Part shown: one piece after another, positions 49,077 through 61,010 of the stretch
Layout: every line of letters begins with the position of its first letter
Numbering within the stretch: position 1 is the stretch's first letter
From: Lama glama
Taxonomy: Eukaryota
Assembly: GCA_028534125.1 (NCBI GenBank)
Contig: CM052828.1
Coordinates: 61,256,001 to 61,320,000 of the forward strand
Direction of reading: 5' to 3'
Length of the DNA stretch: 64,000 nucleotides
Program-made: the position numbers and the translations under genes
Notes under the pieces: model-generated
The model's input: the letters and a program-made list of their open reading frames with translations, nothing else
What the model was told of the DNA's origin: nothing
Databases searched by the model: none

Positions 49077-52000
49077 GTGTGGCCAGTGGGAGGGGGGCGG
49101 GGCTGTGCAGGGCCAGGAACCTGGTCTCATCCCCCGTGGACCCCAGAGCAGCAGACAGGACAGTGAGGGTGTGAGTCTGAGGGTGTCTGAGTGTCCGAGT
49201 GGTAGGGACGGCTGTTGGGGTCAGTGGGGCTTTGGGGGGCAGGTGGGCCAAGCTGTCCTGGAGGTCACTGGAGGTAACAAGGTCCCCCTCTTCCTTCCCA
49301 TCCTCCTGCTGGACTCCAATTCTGTCCTGCACAAGATCCCTCAGGCCACTCCAACAAGGGGAGACTTGAGAGAAGGGCCTTCACCTCCCTTGGGGTGCCA
49401 CCCTCAGCTTTCCCCAGACTCTGGATCTCAGGCAGACAGGGGTCCTTGGATGGCAGACGTGGTTAAGTCAAGGCCAGCAGCACCATGGGGCTCCTCCAAC
49501 CCTGATCATCCCCACCACCAGGTCCTCACGTCTGAGAGAGTGGGGGTCGGGGGTAGAGGTGACGGGAGAGAGATGGAGGGAGAGAGACAGAGATAGAGAG
49601 AGACACGGGGTGGAGGGGGAACACACAGGGTCAGAGGTCAGGCTCAGGCTGTGCTCGGATGCTGAGAGGCCCCTAGGGTGTGACGCCCTGTGCTGCCAAT
49701 ACTGGGGTCATTACTGTTTGTGTCTCAGTTAATGGAGGCGGGGGTCAAGGACCAGGGCCTGGAATTCTTTCCAGTTCACACCAGGTGCTGCAGGTGGTGA
49801 CCTATGACTGGGCAGCAGGTCAGGCTGAGGGAGTCTTTTGTCCAGAATCCTTTCCGGGAGCCGAGAGTGATTACTGAGCTGGTATCGGCGCCCGGAACCT
49901 GCCTGCCTTAAAGGACTTGCGTAGGAGGGTGACTCTGGGCTGGCCTGGGGGAGCTTTGGGAAGAACTCAGGAGAGTCCAGCAGAGACACGTGGGGGCTGG
50001 CGACCCAGGGCCTTCTGAACGAGACGCCAGGACAGAAATGTCAGGAAGAGAGAGTAACAATGTGAAAAAAGAAAGCAAGATAAGGTGGGAATCCAATCAC
50101 CCCTGGGCTCGGGGGAGGGTGGGAAGGGTGATAGGGCCTGAGCTGTAGCCTGGACACTCCCCTGCGAGGCAGGGGGGCAGCGGGGCCAGGACCCCTGGAG
50201 TCAGGAAAGCCCCCAGGCTGCTTCCTTTCTGGCACAGGTGTGTGATAACCCCAGAATCAGGAAGGAGCCATGTGCCCCCAGCTACCTGCTCAAAGGAGAG
50301 TTCTGAATGAAGGTCAAGCACCTGCCCTCCCCGAAGAGGAAGATGGCCCAGTTTGGAACAAGCTGTTTGGCAGAAAGACCCTAGAATACACCCAGCACAG
50401 ACCACTCAGGAGCAGGGCCCCCGAATTCCAGGGAGGGGTCTGCAGTCCAGGTGCCCATGCCTGCCCACTCCCTACTCCCTCCCAGGGCACCCTGGAGCCC
50501 CAGGAACGGGAACGGGAGAGGCAGCACCTTCCCTGCCGGCAGCAAAGAGCAGCGTCGTCAATCCTGCACCAGGCATGTGGCTCCAGCTGAGCCAGACACA
50601 CTGAGGACAGGCGGCCAAGGGTGAGGCCCCAGAGTGGCCCTGGCCAGTGAAGACCGGAGTTTCCTACAGGCAGCTGCTTGAGACAGCAGGCAGGTCACAG
50701 CCCGAAGAACCTGCAGGAATTTAGGACACAGGCAGCGGTCCTCCTGGTTCCTGAACTGAGGTCAGGGCACCTCATACTGTCACTCTGTCGGCCTCAACCC
50801 ACAAACACTCACAATGAGCAACACTTGAAGGGAAGGAATTAGTGCTTCTAAAGAGAGTCCCAAACCTTGTGGAGCAGAGGAACCCGCCGATCATTTCACA
50901 GGACCGCCTCGTTCAAGAGTGCTGCTCTTCCATAGCTGTGTTAGCAGTAGACGGAGTTTGCAGGGGCTCCCCCTACCCCGGGATCCCGGCTCTCCCCAGA
51001 GTGCGTAAGGGACGGTGTGGACCCCAGCGTTCCACACTGCCTCTCAAGGAAGAGGAAGACTAACCCAGGGCCAAATCCAGACAAGAGAGCCAGCAGTCTA
51101 CATAGCGATCCACACAGGATGCAAGGTGCAGGTTAGAATGAAGGGTCTGCAGCCAACTCACTGCACGGGAGGCACAGATCAGCTGCTCTGCCTCGGGGAG
51201 CTGGTGGATAAAGGGGAAGATGGATGCTGTTTGGGGGTGGGGGTCAGGGACAAGGACAGGAAAATTATAGACGCCTTGATATGAAAGGAACTCACACGTC
51301 CCGGACCGGGTGGCTCGGAGAGGATGCCCTGCAGGGTTCCAGCAACTCCACCTCAGGAAAAGCGCAGGAAAGTTCAAAGTCCCCGCACAGAAAGGGTGGT
51401 TGCATTAAAGTCACAGTCAGTGAGCACTGACTCTTTTTCTCGTCTTCACTTCATATGTTTGTAGACAGAGATCATTAAAATATAAAGGCAGCTCAAGTGA
51501 GAGAGGAGATGAGGCTCGGGGGAGGAGGACACGGGGACCGAGTGCAGGCTGTCCAGGCAGCAGGGCCGTGGGTGGGTCGGGGCGGCGGTGGCCTCACTGC
51601 CCTGAACTCTTGTCACCTGCAGGCCCAGACCACACCCTGGACAAGCAAACGCTCTGGGCTTGCACGGGGCTGGTAAGCACTGCACCTGTCACACGAGCCT
51701 GCAGCTGGGCAGTGACCCTCGGCTGCTGGGCACACAGCCTGCCTCGGGGACCTTCGGAAAACTGGGCCACTGGGACCCAGCACTAAAGACATGGGAAAAC
51801 AGTCCAGAAAAGACCAGCAGAACCGCTCCTTGCGACAGGGGTCAACCGTGTTGCTGTTGACCCCAAGGGCAGTGACCTGAGAGAGCACCTGTCCTGGCGC
51901 AGCCACCAGCCAAGCCGCAGGGGACACCAGGGACACTGCAGCCTGGCCACCGCTCTCGGGCTGGTTTCAGGAAGGGGACAGAGGGGTTGTCAAGTGGAAG

Positions 52001-53206
52001 TCAAAGCCCACATCCCTCCCGGCCATGTGTTTACTGCATGCGACGTTTCTTTACTCCCAGAAGAATGCTTTAAAAGAAAATTTCCTGTAGAACCAACAGC
52101 AGCTGTGAAGTCACCCTGAGCTCACAGTGCGAAGTGATGCAGTGCGAGTCCTTTCCATCACTTTCACTTCCCAAAGTCACCTTTCTGAGACAGACATGCA
52201 CCCAGGGGGCCCACCGTGCACCACTGCCACCAATGTTCTTAAGCAACGTCTCCTCCCCCCACCACACCCCCGAGACGGCATGGCTCTGGCTCCTCCGCAG
52301 ACACCATCCACACTCGGGCTGCTCCCTGCAGTCGGCGGCTCAGCCACCCCACATGCTCCAAGGACATTATTAATAGAAATGCGTCCTGAGCCAGCACGTC
52401 AGGCTCCTGAAGTCACCAGCTGCTTCCAAGAGTGCACCTTGCTGAAGGGGCCAGGTCCCTCCTTGCTTCCCACCCCGACCGACCCCTGACCCCTCCCCGT
52501 ATATGTTCCAGTGCTATTCTTGTCATCATATTTTGGGACCTGCTGCGGCAGCAGTGCCAGTCCTCACACCTTTCAAGCAGAAGCTCCATTCCTCACCTCC
52601 AAGCCAGTGAAGGGGGAGGCGAGTAGGAAGCTGTGCTGGTTTTTAAGCCATTTCTTTCTTTTACATTTTAAAACGGACTCTACTTCACTCTGGCGGAGCT
52701 CTCATACTATCGCGTATTTCCTTTAAAGTGGCTGCATTCAGAAGCCTGCTGATGGAAGGTAACTTCAGGGTGTCAGTGGGACCCCACGGAGACATCTGTC
52801 TCTCCCTCCTCCGCTAACGCGAGCACCCGGGGTCACCAGGAGAACCGGAGCCCCAAAGCAGGAGGCTTGAAGACTGCCAGGCCCTCTCCCCACACCCTAG
52901 GGCCCGGCCCTTTCGTCATTCCTGACCGCCTCCCTGTTGAACCGCCTCGAGTCCCAGGCGCGCCGGTAGCAGGCCCCCTGCTATGAAGGGCTCCGCGCAG
53001 GGAAGTCTGCACTGCGGAGGAACCGCGGGGCTCCTCACCAGGGCGCGGGCAGACCGCGTCCCCAAAAACGCGGTGCTGCAGGGACAGCGCTGGAGGCGCC
53101 GCGGCCGCCTCACCCCTCCGCATCGCGGCCCAGCCCCGCCCCGCCGCGGAGCCCCAAGGCGCCCGGGGCGCACACCGCACCGCCCGAGCCCTGCCCGCGT
53201 GCTCAC

Positions 53207-53373
53207 CGTCTCGGGGTCGTTCTCGAACACCTCCCGGGCCTCCTCCTGGCTGCACAGCTCCTCGATGCACTCCCTCTCCAAGTGGCCCTGCTTGGCCTCC
53301 TCGAAGATCTGATAGGCGCGGCGCTGTCTGGGCCTCAGGAACTGCGCCGCCTCGCGCGCCCGCAGCATCACGG
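53207..53373 (-). CDS. GAS6: GAS6 exon 2: propeptide (RQRR cleavage site) and Gla domain
   Basis: [37 protein letters not shown] with 11 Glu; 167 nt; aAG acceptor and GTGAGC donor. Confidence 0.97.
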
Positions 53374-53622
53374 CTTCCCGGCGCGGGCGGGAGGACGCCG
53401 CGGGGAGGAGCGGGAGGAGCGGGGAGAGAGCGGGGACACGCCGTCAGCGCGGCCCCGCACGCCTCGTCCTCCCGGCCGCGGGCCCCGGGATGCGGCGGCG
53501 CACGGGGTGGGCGCGCGCGGGCTGGGTCGGGGTGCGGGCACCGGAGCTCCCGTGGCCCTCGGGTGGCGGGGTGTTCCGGGGCTCTCCCGGCCCCCGGCGC
53601 CGCGGCCCCGCGCGGTACTCAC

Positions 53623-53701
53623 TGTGAGCGGACTCGGAGGCCAGCAGGAGCAGCAGCAGCGCGGTGCCCAGGGCGGCGGCGGGCCCGGGCGGCGGCGGCA
53701 T
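53623..53701 (-). CDS. GAS6: GAS6 exon 1 coding part, signal peptide MPPPPGPAAALGTALLLLLLASESAH
   Basis: gccgccATG-like Kozak (cgccccgccATG); hydrophobic signal peptide; GTGAGT donor at 53622; 79 nt. Confidence 0.96.
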
Positions 53702-55499
53702 GGCGGGGCGGGGGCCGGGGACGAGGACCCGGAGAGGACCGGGGCCGGGAGCCGGGCGCGCGGTCAGAGCGCCCGGGGGTCCGTGGCGAGCCGCGGGCGC
53801 CGCGGGGCGGTGGCTCCGATCATCCTGTGCAGGCGGCTCTGAAGGTCACATCCCGGCGGCTGCACCTCGGCGCTCGCGCGGGGCTGGGCGGGGGCGGGGG
53901 CGGGGCGCGCGGGCAGGACCGGCCTCGGGGCCGCGCGGGGCGGGCGGGGCGCGCCGCGCCGCGCCAGCCGCCGCCGCCGCCGGGGCCGAGCCGGTTTTCT
54001 CCCGGAAGATCAAGGGCGGAGGGGAAACAGGTCGCCGGCACGAGGGGACTACTCGCTGGCCGCCGAGACCAAGTGGTCCCAGCGAAGGCGTTTCTCCCCA
54101 GGCAGCGATGAAGCTTATTTAGTCGAGATGGTGAAAAGCACAGAAGAGGGCACAGCCAGGAGCAGCCTGACAGGTGCAGTTGGAGCCTTCGCCGGATTGA
54201 AGCCCCTTCCACCCTACATCTGCCACATCCTTTCCCGCGTCTTCGATCGGGGGGCACATTTTCTCAAGACTTAAAACCCACTGGAGAAAAGACACAGTGA
54301 AGTCAGCTCGAGTCCCAGTGGGGTCCAGCGAGCGAGATGAAGTTACTTCCTATTGTAACCCTTGTTTTCCATAATGATGACTCTGAAACCCTTGAGGTTT
54401 AAACTGAAAGCAACTTTCTGCTTGTTCTTGGAAACCAAGACTTTCTTTCTGTCTCTCCTCCCGGAATATTTTGCAAAGTCACAGGCAGAAAACACACAAA
54501 CAAGCAAAACCAAAACATAGCAGGCCACTCTCGGGAAGGAAGCAGGCAGCGAGCCCCACACCGCAGGGAGGGGGCTTGCACACCCCGCCCACGGGAACCC
54601 TGTTCCCGGGTCCCCGCCCCCAACGTGAAGATGAAAGGCACAGCCAGCCACCCCCTGCCCAGGGGCGCGCTTGGCTTGGTGGGCTCCACGCCCTGAGTCT
54701 GCACCTGTTTCTCCTCGCCTTCCTTCCTGGAGGGAGAGTAAGATTGCACGGCTGGTGATTCTCTGAGGTCACGGCTTTGAAGGTGGGGTTCGCAAGTATT
54801 TAAGTGGTAAATTCGGGAAATGGATGCTGCTGAGTCCTACAGAGAGAGTTAACAATTTAACAGCTAAGTCATCCACACCTGTGTCTCAGCTAGTTGCCAG
54901 ACACTCCCTTGTCAGTAGGCGACTCAAATGCCCAGTGACTCAAAAGTCGACTGCAGATGCCAAGGCACTTAATGCAGAATATTGATCATGTTAATATCCC
55001 TGCTTGTTGTGCTTAAGAAGTCCTGGTTTCAAAAAATCCGGGTGGGGAGAAAAATTCTTTAGTTGGCTTTTACGCCGGACCTTTAATTAATCAGAGACAC
55101 TTCTGATATTTCCTAGGGCTTCTAAACTGGCAGCCGGTGGGCATATTTCAAGAAGCGTGAGAACTCGTAGAAACTGTTTGCAATTACTTTCTGCATTATT
55201 TGTGTGTATTTGAGGAATGAGGCAGTTCTCAGAGTTCGGTCCTGGCCCCTCTGTGTGCCTCTGGGAGGGTTTGCACTGGGTGAGAACCCAGCTGCCTGGG
55301 CGTCAGCACGGTCCTGGCTGGACGGAGCCTTCAGGTCCCCTAACCTGTTGGCCTGGACCTCAGTCCCCTTCGCTGTAGTTCCCATTCACCCCTTTACTGA
55401 GCTTGTGTCCCAGCAACACAGCACTTCCCATTTGGTAGAGAGCTGGTTTAAGAAAATGTATTCACCACCCGCTCGTAACTGAGCTGAGGTCACCAGTTT

Positions 55500-56530
55500 G
55501 CGATATTACTTCTTTTCTAACATACGCGTTTAGTGCTATAAATTTCTCTTAAAGCAGTACTTTGGTGGCATCTGACACACTTTGAATCCTGTATTTAATT
55601 TAGTCATTTTCCTCTATTTCAAAATACTTCCTCATGTTCCTTTCGCTGTCTCCTTTGACCTGCGGGTTATTTACAACTGTGTTAGTTTCCAACGATTTGG
55701 GGAGTTTCCAAATATTTTAGAATGTTATAATTTACAGTTCAGTTTCATTGTGGAAAGAGAACATACTGTGTATGACTTGTATCCTTTTTGCCCTTTCAAA
55801 GTTGTTTTGTGGCCAGAATATGGTCCATCTTATTGGATGGAATGTTCTAGAAATGTCCATTAGGTCAAGGGAGAAGACAGTGTTGCTCAAACCCACTGTC
55901 CTTGCTGAGGTCCTGCCCACTGGTTCTGCCAGTTTCTGAGGATGGAGTATATTGAAATTCTCCAGTTACAATTATTGTATTACATAACTATGTCTCTTTC
56001 TCATTACAGTTCTGCTGAGTTTTGTTTTATGTATTTTTAAGTTTTTTAAAAAGTTTGTTGTATAAATGCTTAGGATTGCCATGTCTTGAATAACTGACCC
56101 CTTTACCATAATAAGATGCCCTGTTGTTTGCCTTGAAGTCCGTTTGTCTGGTTATGAATACAGCCATGCTGGTTTTCTTTTGATCAGTGTTCTCATGATA
56201 CACCTCTTCCCATTGTTTTGCATTTACTCTGTTTGACTCTTTATATTTAGGGTGGGTTCCTGGGGGAGAGGGCATCGCTCAGTGGTAGAGCGCGTGCCCA
56301 GCAGGCGTGCGGACCAGGGTTCAATCCTCAGTACCTCCATTTAATAAATAGGTAAATACATAAATATTACCTCCCGCCCTAAAAAAATTAAGTGGGCCTT
56401 TTGTAGGTAGCAGGGTCTTCCTTTTTAAAAATCCCCTATGACAACATCTGCCTTTGAATTGGGATGTTTAGACCATTTCGTTTAATATGACCATTGATAT
56501 GCTTGGGTCTAAACCTACCACCTATTTGTC
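55500..56530 (-). mobile_element. Old L1 ORF2 endonuclease-region fossil
   Basis: Minus-strand peptides NGLNIPIQRQMLS and THPKYKESNRVNAKQWEEVYHENTDQKKTSMAVFIT..TDFK resemble the L1 APE endonuclease N-terminus. Confidence 0.85.
56262..56388 (+). mobile_element. tRNA-derived SINE (camelid Vic-type) inserted in the old L1
   Basis: ggggagagggcatcgctcagtggtagagc (A box), gggttcaatcc (B box), cagtacctccatt..aataaata..attacctccc tail and A-run; degenerate flanking duplication. Confidence 0.8.
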
Positions 56531-59500
56531 CCACTGGTGTTTCTCTCCTGTTCTCCTTCTGCCTTATTCCGGATCCACTGACTGTTGTGGGGATTTTATT
56601 TCCATCACTGTTCGTTGTTAGTTCGGCGCTGCTCCCCTCCGAGCCCAGACGCCATTGGCCTCCCCCACGTAGCGTGGCCTCTGGCAGTCCCTTTCCTCCA
56701 CCCCCAGTTTCCTTTTCTGCAATGTTGCACAACACGGGTCCTGACTCTCGGTGTGTGTGACAATGAGATGAAACGGGGAGGGGGCTTCCTTGACACACAC
56801 AGATGGAGCCGTGGCTGAGACCCCCTGCCGGTCCTGAGGCAGCCGCTCAGCCTCCATCCCATGCCCTGCTGGTCTGAGAGAAGGGGCAATGGTCTCTTCA
56901 TTGGGTGTGTCTGTTGCTGGAGGGGCTGCTCCCAACCAGGTATCAGTTCACCCAAAACCACTCCCACCCTCAGGTCTAGCACAAGAAGACAGCTACGCCA
57001 GGGGAATCGCTTGTCAGGGGAACCTCGTGGGGGGCGGGAGTCGTGGCAAGGCCGTGGCTGGCGGATGACAGTGCCGTCCCTGGGGCGGGTCCTGCTCCGA
57101 GACTGGGACAGCCACATAGTGGGGAAGCACACGGACGCTTTGCCCAGTCCAACCGAGGGCCTGTGTTTGGACTCAGCAGGAGCCCTGTGCCATCGCCTGG
57201 GGGTGATTGCTGCAAGGCCTGGGAATTTCAGGGGTGCATCTGTCAGGGAACCCTGAGTTGGACCCCTGAGAGGAGCAGGCCTGCACTGACCTCTGGGCTC
57301 TAGCAATGTCAGCGCTCCCTGGGGCTTGCTCTGCAGCAGTTAACGTGTCCTTCAGGGGCCACAGGGCTGCTGCCGCAGCTCCAGGCTGATCCTCACAGCC
57401 CGAGGACACCGTGAGTGGCTCTGCAGGGCTCCCGCTGCAGTTCCAGGGCTGCGTCTGGTTGGCCTCATGCGGGTGGTGCTCCCACTGTGGACTGGGGCAG
57501 CGTGTGTGCCCGTCCCTGGCCAGACCTACGTGACCACCGGCCCTGCAGGTGGGCAGGGCTCCAGCAGGGAAAGTTGCTGGGCAGACAAAATGCCACACAT
57601 GCCCTTGTCAGAAGAGCTTTCTGTACTGGAGGTGGAGATACATGCGATACAATACCAAAGTTTTACATTTTTAGAATTGTCGGAACAGTAACTATTTTTC
57701 AGAACATTTTCCCCTCCTCTGACTGATAAAACATTTGTTAGAAAAATACATAAGCTGGCTTAGGCTGTATTCTAAAGATGTGACACCTTGATGCGACCTT
57801 CTGATGCAATCACAGTTGAACGAATCTTCCTGCCCTGGCACCGGCACCGGGGGCAGCCTCGGGGCCAAGGGGTGTGCAGAGCAGGGGGTCAGTGTCAGCT
57901 CCCTCATTGCCCACACGACCCAGCTGGACTTTCCACTTCATTATTGTGACAAAGATCTGTCTTTTGCAAAGCCTGGTAGAAAGTGTCCTTTTGTACCCAT
58001 TTGGCCTCCCAAGTAAATCTGGTTAGTTAAGTAGTTCTGAACATACCTCAAGTGAATTTTAAGTCGAAGCAAAGTAACCAAGAAAGAGCTGTTCCAAGGT
58101 CCTTATCAGCCTGGCTCTCGGGAGACCCGGGAGGGTGAGCTGTGGCTTCTCCGTGGTGTGCGTGTGCGCAGCTTGACCGGGAGGGCCTGGGCTGCGGCAG
58201 GGCGGCCAGGCAGGTGGCGGGCCCATGGAGTCGAGGCACAGGGATGCAGGGAGGTGACAGCAGGTGTGCGGCAGCAAATAGTTGACGCCCTACAGCAGCC
58301 CGCAGAGCCGGCGGGTGACCAGCCTCGTTGAGTCCCGGGCATGAGTGGGTGCCCCAGGAACCCCTCCCCAACTGGGGGCTCCCCCTCTCAGTATCCCACG
58401 TTCTGTTCTTGTGGCTTCCAGTGTTTCAGTGTGACACTGCCCATCTGTTCAGTTGCCATTTGCTGGAACACTGAGATTTCCAGGACTTCCCAGTGTGCAG
58501 TGTGCCGTGTGCCTCCCAGTGCTGGAGGGCGGTGCGGCCCTAGGTTGTGAGACACGTGGTTGTCAAACCTCTCCTTCCTGCCCCAAGTCCCCAGGCAGGC
58601 TTGCGATCCGGGTTTTATCCCTCTTGTCTCTGCCTGGGGAGGGGTCCCCGTGACAGTGATACTCGCCCCTAGGGCTGGGCTGTTGGCCCGGGTCCAGTGC
58701 CCTCAGCTGTCTGCCCGCTCTGCCTGGGAGAGGCCACCACGCTGCTCTTTCACATGCGTGCAGGCGGACACACTTCCTGCCGCTGACCTGGGCTTCGCCT
58801 CGGCGACGGGGCGAGGCAGCCGGAGGGTGGGATCCTTCTCCCCTGACAGAGGAGGGGCAGGACAAGGTGGCCCCGGCCCGCAGAGCAGAGCCGGCCCTGG
58901 GCACTGCTGTGCCCGGGCTCCTGACCCAGGACACCCTGCTCACAGGGCTGTGCCCTGGCGGCTTTCTCTGGTCTCTAACATTTTATTCCTCCTCCTTGTG
59001 GCCTCATGCGGAGCCTGGGCACTCTGGGTGCCGTCTCCCTGGGAGGCCAGTGGGGACCGGGGACAAGCCCCTGGTTGGTCAGCCGTCCTGGGGACCTGTG
59101 TGTGATGAGGGCGGTCCCAGCGCCAGGCGTGCTGTGGAGACCCTGCAGCTCTGCAGCCCCCCACCCTTTGGTGATGGGGGCCCGTTTTCAGGGAACCCAA
59201 GCAGCTGGGCTGGTGGGACCTGGGGTCTGAGCCTCTTCCCCCTCCCCCACTGATGAGCTGACAGACCCGGGCTGGCCTGCTCCTCCCGCGGCATACCGGT
59301 CGGTCCTCCTTCGGGCGTGGGTCTGGGGCCGGGCAGCTGGGAGGGGGAGAGTTGGCATCTTGGTCGGATCTGCCTGTCGAGGCTGGTTTAAAACAAAGTA
59401 ACATGTGAGGAGGAGGTGGTCTAGGGACCAGTGGACTTGGATTTCTCATACGCCCACCTGCGATGGCTGAACCCTGATTATGAAGGGGGCGAAACGTAAA

Positions 59501-59811
59501 CAATGTGTCATCTCCTGGACGTGCTGGTCTGAGCCCTGACTTTTAGATAAACGGGTGAGCTTTGCTTTAGTTAATGAAAAGCAACCTGGTTCACGAGGCT
59601 GAGGGCGTCTGGAAACATCCCTTTGGAGAGCACCCAGGACGTTCAGAGCAGCCGCAGCGCCTTTGGAGCTGACCTGGCTACTTCAGTACACACAGAGTTG
59701 GTTTCTAACCTTCAAGGCCAGGCCTGGTGAGCAGTGTTGGTCATGGTGCCCACGGGAGAGCTGCGACACTGTCTCAGCACAGCCCACCAAGCTCTGGTCC
59801 TTAAGAAGGTG

Positions 59812-60175
59812 GTGTCAGTGTCCTGGAGCCACTGCAACAAAGGACCATGAACTGGGGTTTCAAAAAACAGATCTGTCCTCCCAGTTCTGGAGGCACATGT
59901 CCCACCCCTTGGGGGGGGGGTCCTTTCTGCCTCTTCTGGCTCCTGGTTTTTCCGGCATCCTTGGCCGCCAGGCACTGAGCTTCAGTCTCTGCCACAGTGT
60001 CCAGTGTGTGGACCTGTGTTCTTCCTCTCTTGTAAAGACACCAGTCGTGTTTGACCAGGGCCCCCCGACTCCAGGGGGACCTTATTCCTAACTAGTCACG
60101 TCTCCCGTGACCCTGCTTCCAGCAGGTCACAAGCTGAGACAGCGGGGGTCGGACTTCAGCATATGAACTTGGGTG
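59812..60175 (-). mobile_element. MLT1 (A/B/C-like) LTR
   Basis: tgcaacaaaggacca..cagttctggagg..gtaaagacaccagtc..ggacttcagcatatgaa motifs. Confidence 0.7.
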
Positions 60176-61010
60176 CGTTTTCCGAGGCCGGGAGAGCTGG
60201 TGGACCGTCTCTCCTGCAGGCTCCTGCCCTGAGCTGCCTTAGGTGATGGTTTTCTCTTCTGTCTGTGGGTGGGACAAAGTGTAGTTTTGAGCATTTCACA
60301 ACCTGACTCCCACACAGAGACGGAAGGAACAAGCGTCAGATATTTACTAACTCATTGGTGAGGGGACCTGAGAGTTGGTTCAAAGAATATTTTAAGGGAC
60401 TGAATGTTCATGGGCGTTAACAGCGGGATGTGGACAGGGCTGCTGGTGAATGTCCTCGAGGTCACGCGGGTAGATGTGCGTGTTATGCACAGAACGTGTC
60501 CTTAAAGTGTGCGTAGGATTTGAAGCTATCTTTTCTTCTGGGAGGGGATTATCTGCCTCTTCACTGGAAAAGATCTGAGTTAACATGTAACCCGGGAGCC
60601 TGAATCTGACCTGCAAGGCACTTAGCTGGGACGGTGACGGGGGTGGCGTGGCTGTGGGGGCCTCGCCACGCGCTCTCTGGCCAAGGCTCCGGGTTTGGGG
60701 TGGACGGTAACACCGCTCCGCCTGCTGAGGGGCCCTGTAGTGTCAGGATGCGCCCGGAGGCTCCTCTCACTCAGTGCGCGTGTCACCAAGTGGCACTTCA
60801 CCCACGTCCTGACTAGTGGCCGAGCCTGGGGTTCTAGGCCCGGTTCCCTCCCCGTGAGGTTCTGCGCTTGTGCGTCTCCCGTGGTCAGCGCCCACTCAGG
60901 GCATCGGTAGCGGCACTGAGGTGCCTCCTGGGGACCAGGCGTCTTCACCAAGGGCCTGCTTGTTGGAAGTCTTTCTTTGGTGCTTAACAGAAGATGAGTG
61001 AATTCTTGTT

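Larger units (their letters stand above)
52900..54110. promoter_or_regulatory. GAS6: CpG island and TATA-less GC-box promoter of GAS6
   Basis: Very CpG-dense stretch spanning exons 1-2; tandem GGGCGG Sp/KLF boxes at about 53886-53950, upstream of the ATG. Confidence 0.9.

Noticed and set aside
56262-56340. tRNA gene
   Set aside because: A and B boxes are present but there is no convincing cloverleaf or acceptor stem, and it continues into an A-rich SINE tail.
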